From a virus (lineage: Duplodnaviria; Caudoviricetes): 46,406 bases of DNA. Made by a program: the position numbers and the translations under genes. Under the pieces are notes generated by a model. The model had not been told where the DNA came from. It saw only the letters and a list, made by a program, of their open reading frames with translations, and did no database searches. This document shows positions 18,742 through 28,350 of the stretch, piece after piece; position 1 is the first letter of the stretch, and each line of letters opens with the position of its first letter. The DNA lies in IMG/VR virus record IMGVR_UViG_3300037424_000116, positions 1 through 46,406 of that record; one strand, 5' to 3'.

Positions 18742-20016
18742 TTAATCCTGCATCAAGAAATCAATAGTTCGCATTCCTTTCGGAATGTCTTCGGCTTTCG
18801 TAATCTTGCCACCTTTATTACCTTCGATGGAACGTGGCCGTCCAACCGTAACTGGACTCTTATTAGGAGTCTCCTCCTCATCGCTACGCTTACCTAGTCC
18901 CTTGAGCGCGTCGATTCTGGCCTTTTTAATCACTGTAGGCAACAGTGTTTTCGCTCTGGACAAGTAAGCGGATTTAATACGGTCAACAGAAGCCTTACTG
19001 AAATTCTCCTTGAAAGCTAAGTCCCATAGCTTATCTTTCAATGCTACGAAACGTGAATCTTTAGAGAGCACAGATTCAAGCATTTCCATCGCTTCTCTGC
19101 TCGCGTTCTTGCGAACATAATCAGTCATGGATTTCTTGGGGTCAATATTAGCATCAATAGTATTCTTAAGGGTATTATTAATGCGGGTATTCAAGTCTCC
19201 AACAGCAGACTCAAACTGCTGTTTAACAAACTGCTGTTCCTTCTGTTCAAGTTCCTTATCCTTACCATCTTCCGGTGCTGGCCTTGAAAGATTGGAAGGA
19301 GGCTGAAAATCACTGGTTCCAAACACAAACTGATTAACTAGCTGCGCTGCTGATTGTAAAGCCTCATTACCTGACCTTCTAGCCTCGCGCACCATCGCTA
19401 CGATAGTATGCTTTGTAACGTTACTAAGCACATGATAATATGCTTTCTCATCTACACGCGCAAGGGTAGGGAGGTATTCATCAACCAGTTTGGCAAAACC
19501 TTTTGGATTCTGGTCCTTAACAGCCTTTAGGATAAGTTGGGTGTTTCCACCCATTACATCGGCTTCCATCCTATCAAGGATAGTTTTAGCCTCAACAGCA
19601 GCCTTAGCGTCATCAATCGTGGGGAGCAATTCAGTAAACTGTTGCTCCCTATAGTATGCCTTTTCAAGATAAGGAAATTCCTTAAAAAGATTAGGATACT
19701 TAGCAAGAATTTCCTTACGTCGAACAGGAGTTACAAGCTCCAACTGTTCTTCTGTTGGACCTTCTAGTTCCTGCTCAATTTCAAGTAATTCGTCTACTTC
19801 TCCTTCTCCAGCTTCGCCTTCTTCTCCCTTATCACCTTCCGCACCAACATGGCCAGCTTCTTCAGCTTTAGGACGTTTAGGCTTATCTTCCAATTCAAGG
19901 GTTTCATCATCTTTATCACCCAAGAATTCGATTACATCCTCATGGTTCATTTCACCATCAGTTGCCGGAGGTGTATTAACTGCTGAAGTTCCTGCACTAT
20001 TGTTCGGTAGCGACAT
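18742..20016 (-). CDS. Scaffolding protein
   Basis: Acidic disordered N-terminus, helical coiled-coil body; between portal and capsid genes; AGGAG upstream of ATG 20016. Confidence 0.7.
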   Translation of the reverse strand: MSLPNNSAGTSAVNTPPATDGEMNHEDVIEFLGDKDDETLELEDKPKRPKAEEAGHVGAEGDKGEEGEAGEGEVDELLEIEQELEGPTEEQLELVTPVRRKEILAKYPNLFKEFPYLEKAYYREQQFTELLPTIDDAKAAVEAKTILDRMEADVMGGNTQLILKAVKDQNPKGFAKLVDEYLPTLARVDEKAYYHVLSNVTKHTIVAMVREARRSGNEALQSAAQLVNQFVFGTSDFQPPSNLSRPAPEDGKDKELEQKEQQFVKQQFESAVGDLNTRINNTLKNTIDANIDPKKSMTDYVRKNASREAMEMLESVLSKDSRFVALKDKLWDLAFKENFSKASVDRIKSAYLSRAKTLLPTVIKKARIDALKGLGKRSDEEETPNKSPVTVGRPRSIEGNKGGKITKAEDIPKGMRTIDFLMQD

Positions 20017-22327
20017 TTCCTTCTCCTTGAATTGGGGTATCTTGCATTTCTTTAGGGTTGGGCTTTTCAGGTGGAGCGATACCCTTCTCACTACCTGAAG
20101 CCTGTTGCATCATCATATTCTGTTGCATTAACTGATAGTGAATTCTAGCGTGCAAAAGAACATTCTTGTATCCTGCCTCGTTATCCATCTTAGCCTGTTG
20201 ACCAGCAGGGCTTACAGCCCACTTTCTGCAAATCTCAAATTCAATAGCATGATTCTCCATCATCGGGTCAACATCCACAGATGGCATTTCTGGATTCATT
20301 GGGTCCATAGGATTCGGCATTGGTTCCGAATTCAATAGAAGCTTGATTTCATCATACTGATGATTTCTATCGTCCTCTCCAGGAACAAAGAAATCTGTAA
20401 GTCCAATTGCTTCCCGAATCATAGGAAGATTCTCAGGGGAACCAATCACAGCGAGAATCTCAGGATTAGCAGCAGTTAAAAGCTGCATAATGATATCCTT
20501 CTGCTGTGACCATGTAAGAGGTAGATTTTCATTAGCCTCTAGCTCAACCCTACCAATCTTTCCTTCTAGTTCTGCTCGACGAATGAATGTATTGATAAAA
20601 TTGCCATCCTGGTCACGGTCCACATTACGTTCATCTTCCTTTACTTCCTGAATGAACGCGGGGATAACCTTACCGAAAATTTCCTTCCACCAAATTGTAA
20701 ATATCTTCCATGTATTCTGTAGCCTCTGTAATGCTTGCGCACGAGACATACTATACTGCGATGCAGTTTCACTCCCTTGTAGCGAGCCACCAAACAATGA
20801 TGGGAGAGCGCCAGATACAAGTTGCGCGAGTCCCTGGATTTGAACTGCAAAGGGTTGAACCTCCGGCGAAAGATTCGCAGTTTTAATTTCAAAGAATCCG
20901 TCTTGTAGTGCTTTACCCGATTTAGGAATAGCCTCGTAGATACCACCAGGAACAGCTTCTAATTGGCGGTAAGCATTAAAATCCAAAACACCAGGGTCAG
21001 CGAATGTCTGACCAATACCATGTTCAATAGTCTGGAGTGTCAATGAGATAAGGTCATTTGTGATTTCTTGGACGCTAACCAGCAACAGACCAAGAGGGTC
21101 ATGATGCAGGTAATCACTAAGAGGATTATAAGTGAGAGTCCAAGCATCATCAAGATTTTCATTATAAGCATCGCCAAATTCATCATTGACAAGGCACACC
21201 TTCGCGCCATTAGGAAACTTCTTCTTGAGTTTATTTACATTATCTTCATCCTGTAGAACATTAAATGCGGCTGGCCGCAACCATGCCTCGCGTATTGTAA
21301 CATTATTTGTAGGATATGAACCCTGATACTGTGGACTCAATCGACCCCACTGTTCATAGGGGTCTTTTGGTCCTACAGAGGTCTCAATCTTTTCCTTCTT
21401 ACCCTTCGTGAGTTTACCATGAAGATGCTGATACTTTTCAATCGCATTGGCATAATGCGTTTCGTAGCTGAAGATAAGATAGGGACAATCTTCCTGTTTC
21501 CTTGCATAGATAGGAACCTTAACATACAGTCCCCCGAAACAATCAATCATTATCCGGGTTTTGGGCTGATGTGTAGTTCCTACAATTCGAGTAACAAAGA
21601 AACTTTCCTGATTAACTAATGGCTGTATGGCCTGCCCACAAGCAGGACACATTTCCATATCATATTCTTCAGGCCCACGCTTTAGAACAGTAGAAAATTC
21701 ATCTTCCTGCTGCTTGTCTAGTCCTTCTTCATTTAACTGTCCAAGCTCATCAGTAATCTGTCTATCTTCAATATTGTATCCACACTGAGGGCATGATACA
21801 GTTTCATGCTGTTCTTCGACTTCCTCTTTTTCATCTTCGGTATATGTCCCAAAACTCTTATCTGCTTTTGGATAAGTAAACCCTGCAACCATTCCCTCTG
21901 TGCAATAGATAAAGAGGGCATGAAGCCAGGTTAGTTGGACATTGTTATGCCGATAGATTAACTGAGCAATCTTATCTCCAGCTTTCGCAGTTGCTAAGTC
22001 TAGCGTATTGTCCGCATCATCAGGGTAACATTTGACAGGGGGAACAACAACCGATAGTGCAGCGATAATAGACTCAAGATAAGCCCTAAAGACATTAATA
22101 GGCTTATCGTAGTAAGACTGCTGAGTATCGTCCGTTTGGACTTCATCCCAGATACGCCAGTCATGTGCTACCTCGCTATACCATGCTTTCTGGAAACCTT
22201 CCCAGAATAGCTTAAGCCTACGCCAAGTGCGGATTTGGCGCTCCCTTATCTCTCTGTCCTCTCCGTCGAAGTGGCTAACCACTTCTTTTAAGAGGCGTTG
22301 GATTTCTTCGTCGTATTCTTTATACAT
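19997..22327 (-). CDS. Portal protein (P22 gp1-like size) with zinc-ribbon insertion
   Basis: 776 aa downstream of terL; V.VQ..IND, G..GSETA, D.NH..H motifs, Gln/Met-rich C-terminus; CPQC...CPAC insert. Confidence 0.8.
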   Translation of the reverse strand: MYKEYDEEIQRLLKEVVSHFDGEDREIRERQIRTWRRLKLFWEGFQKAWYSEVAHDWRIWDEVQTDDTQQSYYDKPINVFRAYLESIIAALSVVVPPVKCYPDDADNTLDLATAKAGDKIAQLIYRHNNVQLTWLHALFIYCTEGMVAGFTYPKADKSFGTYTEDEKEEVEEQHETVSCPQCGYNIEDRQITDELGQLNEEGLDKQQEDEFSTVLKRGPEEYDMEMCPACGQAIQPLVNQESFFVTRIVGTTHQPKTRIMIDCFGGLYVKVPIYARKQEDCPYLIFSYETHYANAIEKYQHLHGKLTKGKKEKIETSVGPKDPYEQWGRLSPQYQGSYPTNNVTIREAWLRPAAFNVLQDEDNVNKLKKKFPNGAKVCLVNDEFGDAYNENLDDAWTLTYNPLSDYLHHDPLGLLLVSVQEITNDLISLTLQTIEHGIGQTFADPGVLDFNAYRQLEAVPGGIYEAIPKSGKALQDGFFEIKTANLSPEVQPFAVQIQGLAQLVSGALPSLFGGSLQGSETASQYSMSRAQALQRLQNTWKIFTIWWKEIFGKVIPAFIQEVKEDERNVDRDQDGNFINTFIRRAELEGKIGRVELEANENLPLTWSQQKDIIMQLLTAANPEILAVIGSPENLPMIREAIGLTDFFVPGEDDRNHQYDEIKLLLNSEPMPNPMDPMNPEMPSVDVDPMMENHAIEFEICRKWAVSPAGQQAKMDNEAGYKNVLLHARIHYQLMQQNMMMQQASGSEKGIAPPEKPNPKEMQDTPIQGEGNVATEQ

Positions 22328-22336
22328 TTGGGTTAA

Positions 22337-23065
22337 TTAGTAAAAGAGATTGTTCTGAAATGGCCTATTAGGTTGTGGTGCTCCCGCGCCATAAGCACCA
22401 CGGAATCCTCTATTAGCCATAGGATTACCTTGTGGCATACTAGGACTATAAGGATTACGTCTTGGAATTCTCAGTCCTGGTGGAGTAGTTGGTCCTACTA
22501 TTCCCGGTTCATATTCCAATCCTGGATTAGAAGGAATAGGAACCTGATATTGACCAGTAGTAGGGTCTAGTTTAGGAGCTTGGGGATTCCAGAATCCTGT
22601 TGAGGCACCAGAACTATCAGATTGAACATCAGGAGGCAACTGTCCACCAGTAAATCCACCCCTCTCTAACCAGGGATTTGGACCTTGAGGGGGAGTCATA
22701 GCGGGAGAAGGAGGTGTAAAGTTGGGAGATGGACCCGGACCCCCACCTTCCCAAGTTCCAGCTCCTCCACTAGTAGAAAATCCTGGCGGAGGACCATAAG
22801 GATTAGAAGGTGGAATTACTTTACCATCTGATACAGTTCCATAGCTACGGAATGGGTCCATAGCTGATGGAAGAGCATCTGAATTAGCCAACATTCCACC
22901 AAGTTTAGACCATCGAGGTGGAGGCTGAGACGGAGCAGTATCAATACCTGGAGATGGAGAGGCAGAAGGAGTTTCAGCAGCAGGAGACTTAGGTTTATTA
23001 AATCTCATTTCAGGACTACCCCTGAAACTGCCAATATTACTCATTCCAACATTAAGTCCAGCCAT
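22337..23065 (-). CDS. Pro/Gly-rich low-complexity protein, 242 aa
   Basis: Open frame with GGAG RBS in operon orientation. Confidence 0.65.
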   Translation of the reverse strand: MAGLNVGMSNIGSFRGSPEMRFNKPKSPAAETPSASPSPGIDTAPSQPPPRWSKLGGMLANSDALPSAMDPFRSYGTVSDGKVIPPSNPYGPPPGFSTSGGAGTWEGGGPGPSPNFTPPSPAMTPPQGPNPWLERGGFTGGQLPPDVQSDSSGASTGFWNPQAPKLDPTTGQYQVPIPSNPGLEYEPGIVGPTTPPGLRIPRRNPYSPSMPQGNPMANRGFRGAYGAGAPQPNRPFQNNLFY

Positions 23066-23067
23066 TG

Positions 23068-23232
23068 TTATACTCCGTGTTCCTTCTTAACCTTTTTAGA
23101 TGGCCCCGCATCTAGCCCGTGCTTATTAGCAGTAGCGTAGAATATTTCCTTACCCTTTTTCTTGCCGTGCTTCTTACTCATAGAAGCCATGACTTCCTCA
23201 CCATGACCACCATAATATTTTGAAAGTGGCAT
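23068..23232 (-). CDS. 54-aa basic protein (not in ORF track)
   Basis: MPLSKYYGGHGEEVMASMSKKHGKKKGKEIFYATANKHGLDAGPSKKVKKEHGV; fills the gap exactly. Confidence 0.7.
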   Translation of the reverse strand: MPLSKYYGGHGEEVMASMSKKHGKKKGKEIFYATANKHGLDAGPSKKVKKEHGV

Positions 23233-23238
23233 AATAAC

Positions 23239-23559
23239 CTACTTCTTAGATGGCCCGGTGTCGATAACTACCTTATCCTTATTTTTGATAGTAGATAGAA
23301 CTTCTTTTTTTACCCATGCGCCTTTAACTGAATCCCAAACCAATCCTCCTACTCCTGCATCGCCATGCTTAGGACCAGGTTTAGGAGTTTCACCTGTAAT
23401 CGAAACCTTCTTAATATTCTTGTTTTCTTTACCCTTAGCCAAAGCTCCAAGTGGCGAAGTATTAGGTGGAGGAGTAGTTTCCTGCCCCTGTTGACCCAAA
23501 TACCTTCTCATGAAATTGAAAGAAGGATTAGCTAGTTTTCTCTCTTTGGGTAGAAGCAA
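23239..23559 (-). CDS. Hypothetical basic protein (start uncertain: TTG 23559 or ATG 23511)
   Basis: ORF in operon orientation. Confidence 0.55.
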   Translation of the reverse strand: MLLPKERKLANPSFNFMRRYLGQQGQETTPPPNTSPLGALAKGKENKNIKKVSITGETPKPGPKHGDAGVGGLVWDSVKGAWVKKEVLSTIKNKDKVVIDTGPSKK

Positions 23560-23884
23560 GGTCCAACTCCTTCTCTAAGTCCTCAACACTTTCAGGCTTG
23601 GGAGCAGCCTTCATAAGCTTAGCTCTCTCCCTATCTTCACGTTCTAGCATCTGCCTACGAACATTCCAAGGAATATTCTTTGGAACACTAATTTCCATTG
23701 GAGCGCGTGGTGTTTCCGGTTCAGGTTTCTCTAAAATCCTATCAAGAAGTCTTTTAGTTTCAAGCCGAGAAATCTCAAGTTGCGCCCTAAGAGTTTCACA
23801 CGATAAGCAAACTCGCGCATACTCAAGTTCCTCCTTACAATGAGGGCAATGAGGATTTAACCAGCGATGTAAAAAATTACTCAT
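23528..23884 (-). CDS. Hypothetical protein with CxxC...CxxC and coiled coil
   Basis: HCPHC and CLSC; GGAG upstream of ATG 23884. Confidence 0.65.
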   Translation of the reverse strand: MSNFLHRWLNPHCPHCKEELEYARVCLSCETLRAQLEISRLETKRLLDRILEKPEPETPRAPMEISVPKNIPWNVRRQMLEREDRERAKLMKAAPKPESVEDLEKELDLASTQREKTS

Positions 23885-23968
23885 TAGAATGCTCCACTTA
23901 TTAGATGCCAAATAAAGTAGGTTAATGTTACTATTATTATGACCAATACTGTGGAAGTTAGCTTTCCA

Positions 23969-25645
23969 TTATCCTCTGAATCCATGATGGAATCTCTTTA
24001 CTGCTTGCATTCTAGGAACCGCATCAACAGCTCTCATATTCCGATAATATGCTGTCCAATCTCTATCTCCACTTAGGGTAGTAGCTAGAGCTTCTGCTTT
24101 CTGTATCCTCGCAAATTCCTGAGCTGCTTCCACGAAATATCTCTCTGCTGAGTCTACTGCATATCGAAGGTCATCATATGGGTCATCACCCTCGAAAGTC
24201 GCTACATCCTCAGCAGGCTTATTGTCTTTAGGCTTGTCATAACTACAAGCTCTAATAGCATCTATCATCAGTGGGCAACAATTAGGATGCCCATCATGGT
24301 CCCCAGATTCCTCGCATCTGAATATTTGCAATTTAGGAATATTTGTCTCCGGTTCGGGAGGGTCGAATAGTTTAAGATAAACCTTATAATCTTCCAATCC
24401 CTTATTACGAAGAATCCACATCGCATATTCTTCGCTATAGACTGGCATATCTGATGGTGGAACAACTGGCTTAGTTTTCCACCTCAAATATTCATGCAAT
24501 AGCATCTTACCCGCAACACGCGAACCAGGAGTATTATTACTAAGTTCTATCGGTCTACCTATTGCGTGCTCAATCTGCTGTTGGATAGTATGTTCTTGCC
24601 CCCTATCCTGACCAGCAGACCGGCAGAACTTAATAACCTTCGGATTCTCGCGTTCAATGAACGACTTAATAATTGGTGCCCATTCCTCAATCTTAGTTTT
24701 CAACCAGTAAAGTTCACGATACAAATATAGTTTCTTAGTTGGTGAAATAGCATAGAACCCAATATATGTCATCGCCGCGAAACCCCAATCCCCGATAACC
24801 ATTCTAGGCCACCAATCGGGAATTGAGAAGGGTGGAATAACATGAAGCGCATTGTCTGGCTCATCAGGATACTGTCTGTCTCTGAATTCGTCAAATACCT
24901 GTCCCTGATAAGCATCCCAATCACCAAATTTACGCGCTTTTCGTTCTGCTTCTGACGGTATGCCGTCCAGTCGAGCAGAATATTCAGGGTCAGCATGAGG
25001 ATTATCAGCAACAGTAGAATGAACATAGAATCGTTTAACATTCCCCTTACCTACAATAATCTTTCCACCATCCGGATAAGGGGTGACAAAACGCTTCTTA
25101 ACAAATGTATGTCCAATTCCTCCAGGCATTCCAGCGCAACGAATAATAGCAGGAAGTTCAGCAACCTTAGTTCTAACGCGAGTGAAGCCAATGTAGAGGT
25201 AAATATACTCTGTAAAAGAAGTAAGCTCATCGGGTGTGAATAAATTGATTTCCATTGAGTCGTATTTGTGAACATCGGATTCCTCCTCACAATGACCCAG
25301 GAAAATCATCGCACCTTCATTACCACCACCAGTTCCTCCTAATTGGTCGGGTCTTGGAAAGGTCCAGACCATATCAGTTTTATTAAACGTAGCTCCGAAT
25401 TTTGGATATATTTCACGTGAGCGAGGGACGATTTCGTTCCGTAGTTCGGGAAAAGTTCGTCGCATAAAAACTTGTCGGAAAAGCGGATGCTCATGCCACC
25501 TGTGGATAAGTCCATATACAAGCAGCACATCAGATTTTCCAGAAGCGTTTCCCCCACCATAGAATGCCTCAAATATTGAAGTAGGCAGACTGAGAAAAGC
25601 TTCCTGCTTTCTATTCGGTTTCCAATGACCTCTATCGAAAGACAT
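23969..25645 (-). CDS. terL: Terminase large subunit
   Basis: Q motif PNRKQ, Walker A YGGGNASGKS, Walker B FTPDELT, MPGGIGH, nuclease GDWG and DDPYDDLRY. Confidence 0.95.
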   Translation of the reverse strand: MSFDRGHWKPNRKQEAFLSLPTSIFEAFYGGGNASGKSDVLLVYGLIHRWHEHPLFRQVFMRRTFPELRNEIVPRSREIYPKFGATFNKTDMVWTFPRPDQLGGTGGGNEGAMIFLGHCEEESDVHKYDSMEINLFTPDELTSFTEYIYLYIGFTRVRTKVAELPAIIRCAGMPGGIGHTFVKKRFVTPYPDGGKIIVGKGNVKRFYVHSTVADNPHADPEYSARLDGIPSEAERKARKFGDWDAYQGQVFDEFRDRQYPDEPDNALHVIPPFSIPDWWPRMVIGDWGFAAMTYIGFYAISPTKKLYLYRELYWLKTKIEEWAPIIKSFIERENPKVIKFCRSAGQDRGQEHTIQQQIEHAIGRPIELSNNTPGSRVAGKMLLHEYLRWKTKPVVPPSDMPVYSEEYAMWILRNKGLEDYKVYLKLFDPPEPETNIPKLQIFRCEESGDHDGHPNCCPLMIDAIRACSYDKPKDNKPAEDVATFEGDDPYDDLRYAVDSAERYFVEAAQEFARIQKAEALATTLSGDRDWTAYYRNMRAVDAVPRMQAVKRFHHGFRG

Positions 25646-25647
25646 AA

Positions 25648-26028
25648 TTACTTCTTAGATTGCTGTTCAGTCAGAACTCTCTTAGCTTCATTGTCCTTTA
25701 CATCCTGCTGAATTCTATTCATCTTCGCGGCTACAGTCGAAACTGCACCTGCACTCAATAGTGCAAGTAGAGTCTGGTATGTAGCTTCATCAATGTAGCC
25801 CATCGCGTGAAGTCCCGCGAGAACTGCAATAATGGCTGCGATAATGTATGACTTGTAACCTTGTAGAAACTTAAGCATTTCTTGTATCTCCTTGATTGCT
25901 AATGCCGTATTAGCTACTTCCTTCCACCATTTGATGTCATTCAGTAGCTTCGGGTTATCTTTCGCCTTGCGAAGTAGGCTATACAGCTTTTGAACTCTGT
26001 ATAGATTAATTAAGTTACCTAAGCCCAT
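25648..26028 (-). CDS. Holin-like membrane protein
   Basis: GYKSYIIAAIIAVLAGLHAMG and LLALLSAGAVSTVAA hydrophobic helices; charged C-terminus. Confidence 0.55.
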   Translation of the reverse strand: MGLGNLINLYRVQKLYSLLRKAKDNPKLLNDIKWWKEVANTALAIKEIQEMLKFLQGYKSYIIAAIIAVLAGLHAMGYIDEATYQTLLALLSAGAVSTVAAKMNRIQQDVKDNEAKRVLTEQQSKK

Positions 26029-26264
26029 TACGCTGGCCTTAGTGTAACAAGAACATTACCCCCAGTAGAACGAATGAATCCTCCTGCTACATAGGTCTGT
26101 CCATCTGTAAGAGTGAGATTCACATCGACAGTCATTACATCAGTATTAGACTGTTCAAGTGCAGCCCCCGCAGTATCACAGAATAGAAGACATCGACGCG
26201 CGGGAAGTGCGTAGATTGTATTCTGCACAAGAGTATGAGGTCCACCGATTGATAAGAGTTCCAT
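26028..26264 (-). CDS. Small hypothetical (probably structural) protein
   Basis: 78 aa, overlapping start/stop with neighbours. Confidence 0.65.
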   Translation of the reverse strand: MELLSIGGPHTLVQNTIYALPARRCLLFCDTAGAALEQSNTDVMTVDVNLTLTDGQTYVAGGFIRSTGGNVLVTLRPA

Positions 26265-26431
26265 TATTCTTCCCCGTTCTCTCTATCTTCTATAATTTTC
26301 ATTCGTCTGGAGAAATCTTCCCACATTAATTCCACGCGAAACTCTAATCTTGCAATCGTCATTGTAGCTTTGATGACTGCGATTAGTATCGCTACTTCAA
26401 CTGTTACATGAACAATCTGAACAAGTTCCAT
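26264..26431 (-). CDS. 55-aa single-TM protein (not in ORF track)
   Basis: MELVQIVHVTVEVAILIAVIKATMTIARLEFRVELMWEDFSRRMKIIEDREERGE; fills the gap exactly. Confidence 0.65.
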   Translation of the reverse strand: MELVQIVHVTVEVAILIAVIKATMTIARLEFRVELMWEDFSRRMKIIEDRENGEE

Positions 26432-26432
26432 C

Positions 26433-26999
26433 TTATTCTTTCACCCTGACTATATCGTATACTTCCTCGCGCCTCATCTGAGGAGAGTAGAAAATAAATG
26501 TAGGGCCAGAGCTACCATTAGTCTTCTGGACTTCCGGTTCCATAGTCTTGATTACAGCAGCCATATCCTTAGCTACACCCGCAATATCCTTAGCCTTCGC
26601 GTTCTCAATCTTCTCTTTAGTTAGAGAATTGAGAGCTATGATTAGTTTATTACGAGCCTTCTTAGCTACACGTTGCTTCGCATTATTAATTCCCTCTAGT
26701 CCAGGTTGGGAATCATAAGTAGCAGTAGAATTGGAACCGTGAGTGTAGGCTGAGACTGAGGAAGGACTTATTCCGAACTTGTCTGCTATTTCTAGTGCTG
26801 ATGCACGACCATTTATAGCAGCTTCTTCACCAATTATTTTCCGTAATCCCTCTGGAACTTCAACATTCCCTTCGCCTCGTCCTTTATTAATTGGAACGAT
26901 AGCGACACCACTTCCTCTACCCAACGGCATAGGTGGGCAGGGAGTTACATCATTTAGGGCTCTATCAAAGTCCTTATCAGATACAATTCCCATAGCCAT
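26433..26999 (-). CDS. HTH protein, candidate terminase small subunit
   Basis: ALEIADKFGISPSSVSAY HTH followed by a helical segment; upstream of terL. Confidence 0.6.
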   Translation of the reverse strand: MAMGIVSDKDFDRALNDVTPCPPMPLGRGSGVAIVPINKGRGEGNVEVPEGLRKIIGEEAAINGRASALEIADKFGISPSSVSAYTHGSNSTATYDSQPGLEGINNAKQRVAKKARNKLIIALNSLTKEKIENAKAKDIAGVAKDMAAVIKTMEPEVQKTNGSSGPTFIFYSPQMRREEVYDIVRVKE

Positions 27000-27024
27000 C
27001 GGATTTCTCCGGTGTCAAAGAGAA

Positions 27025-27264
27025 TTACGAGATAACGATTACATGAACACCATCAGTAATAGTGTCAGTAATCGTGGTAACTCCATGAAGGTCAAATTCC
27101 TTATAGGGAGCCTTATTAGTTTCACCACCCTGGAATAGCTGGATTACCTCGCGCACTACATCCACAGAAATAGAAGTAAGTCCAGTCAAACTCAATGTAG
27201 TAACCTGTTTAGCAGGTCCAGTCTTAGCAGTTACAGTAGCAGAGAATGTTGAACTCGTAGCCAT
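27025..27264 (-). CDS. First gene of the late operon, Thr/Val-rich 79 aa
   Basis: AAGGA RBS; downstream of a sigma70-type promoter. Confidence 0.7.
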   Translation of the reverse strand: MATSSTFSATVTAKTGPAKQVTTLSLTGLTSISVDVVREVIQLFQGGETNKAPYKEFDLHGVTTITDTITDGVHVIVIS

Positions 27265-27319
27265 AAGAGTGTCCTTTCATAATAAAAGTCAAAGTTTCAG
27301 AGCTTTCCCCTCAGACACC

Positions 27320-27348
27320 ATCCTAGCACACCCGAAACTGAAAGTCAA
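27320..27348 (-). promoter_or_regulatory. Sigma70-type promoter for the structural arm
   Basis: Minus strand TTGACT-17 bp-TAGGAT with extended -10 TG and AT-rich upstream tract. Confidence 0.7.
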
Positions 27349-27474
27349 GTTTTCTTTTTAACACTAATATTAGTCTAAAAACTGGAGGTTTTATTTTTTC
27401 TGAAAAATCTGAGGATTAAAGAGACTCCTTTTCCTAAAAAATAATATTAGGTGAAGTCAGATGATTGTGATAGC

Positions 27475-27490
27475 GGCAAATTCCATGCCA
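27475..27490 (-). promoter_or_regulatory. Sigma54 -24/-12 motif
   Basis: TGGCATGGAATTTGC on minus; the plus strand also reads GG-N10-GC (CGGCAAATTCCATGC). Confidence 0.55.
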
Positions 27491-27519
27491 ACTTTTAATA
27501 GTTGCTCTGCGGGGTATTC

Positions 27520-27535
27520 CGGTATGATACTTGCA
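27520..27535 (+). promoter_or_regulatory. Sigma54 -24/-12 motif
   Basis: CGGTATGATACTTGCA; IHF-like TAAGTTATTGAAA at 27546-27558. Confidence 0.45.
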
Positions 27536-27808
27536 TACGTGGCTGTAAGTTATTGAAAATAAACAAGTTAGAATTTTGTCATACATTTACCACGCATTTG
27601 TCACAATAATATTATACTCCAATTTATGTGGCCTCGTGTCAGAATGAGACAACGATTTATGTAGGTCGTAAGTGACTGACAGGGAAGGGGATAGCGTCCC
27701 TGTCTCGAATCTGGACAGTTTCGGCCACAATATATGATGCTTCCATTAGAATGTTGAGAATATCGACACGAAAACATTAGGAAATACGCGTGTTTCCGGG
27801 CCTGACGA

Positions 27809-27824
27809 TGGCATACGGGTTGCT
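27809..27824 (+). promoter_or_regulatory. Sigma54 promoter upstream of the 27901 gene
   Basis: TGGCATACGGGTTGCT, exact GG-N10-GC spacing. Confidence 0.65.
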
Positions 27825-27854
27825 ATAGAGTAGGGTAGACGGTCGGTCATTGAA

Positions 27855-28314
27855 AACTGAATAGGGGATTCGGGTTGTCACCAAAAAAGGACAATCCAAA
27901 ATGCAGACCAAAATCGCCAAGTTTACCTTTTCCGTTCCTGACGGTCATCCCGAGGCAGGAAAAAAGGTAGAGAAAACGTTCGAGTATTCCGTTTGCGACA
28001 CTCAGCCCGAAGCTGAGACTGTCATCACTGACAAGAAGTGGTCCGTTGTCGGAATGGTGAATGATATCCTGAAGGCAAATGCACGGTCCAATGCTTATCA
28101 GGCCGCGCTTCTGCCGTATCGTCCTTCGGAAGTGTCCGAGGAAGATATCGTTGAGCGCATGGTGCGCGATTACATCCGTCTGGGATTCCCGGAAGATGTG
28201 GCGCGCAAGCAAATCCAGGCCCTCCGTGCCGCAACCGCTAACGTTCCTGAGACTGACTCTCAGGAGCCCCCCACTGACGCCAGCTAATTAGACTCCCGAA
28301 TCCTCTATTCAGTT
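27855..28314. repeat. 20-bp inverted repeat enclosing the 27901 gene
   Basis: AACTGAATAGGGGATTCGGG (27855-27874) vs CCCGAATCCTCTATTCAGTT (28295-28314): 19/20 complementary. Confidence 0.9.
27901..28287 (+). CDS. Hypothetical early protein, 128 aa
   Basis: AAGGA RBS; visibly GC-richer codons than most of the genome. Confidence 0.8.
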   Translation: MQTKIAKFTFSVPDGHPEAGKKVEKTFEYSVCDTQPEAETVITDKKWSVVGMVNDILKANARSNAYQAALLPYRPSEVSEEDIVERMVRDYIRLGFPEDVARKQIQALRAATANVPETDSQEPPTDAS

Positions 28315-28350
28315 CTTTTTCACTGTTCTTTCACAACTAAGCGAGGGTAT

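Noticed and set aside
17792-18745. 317-aa plus-strand ORF antisense to the capsid gene
   Set aside because: Shadow ORF expected from strong codon bias of the capsid gene; no protein-like motifs or RBS
27847-28212. Minus-strand 121-aa ORF and other overlapping ORFs (28025, 28079, 28361)
   Set aside because: They overlap better-supported plus-strand genes that have RBS, promoter and terminator
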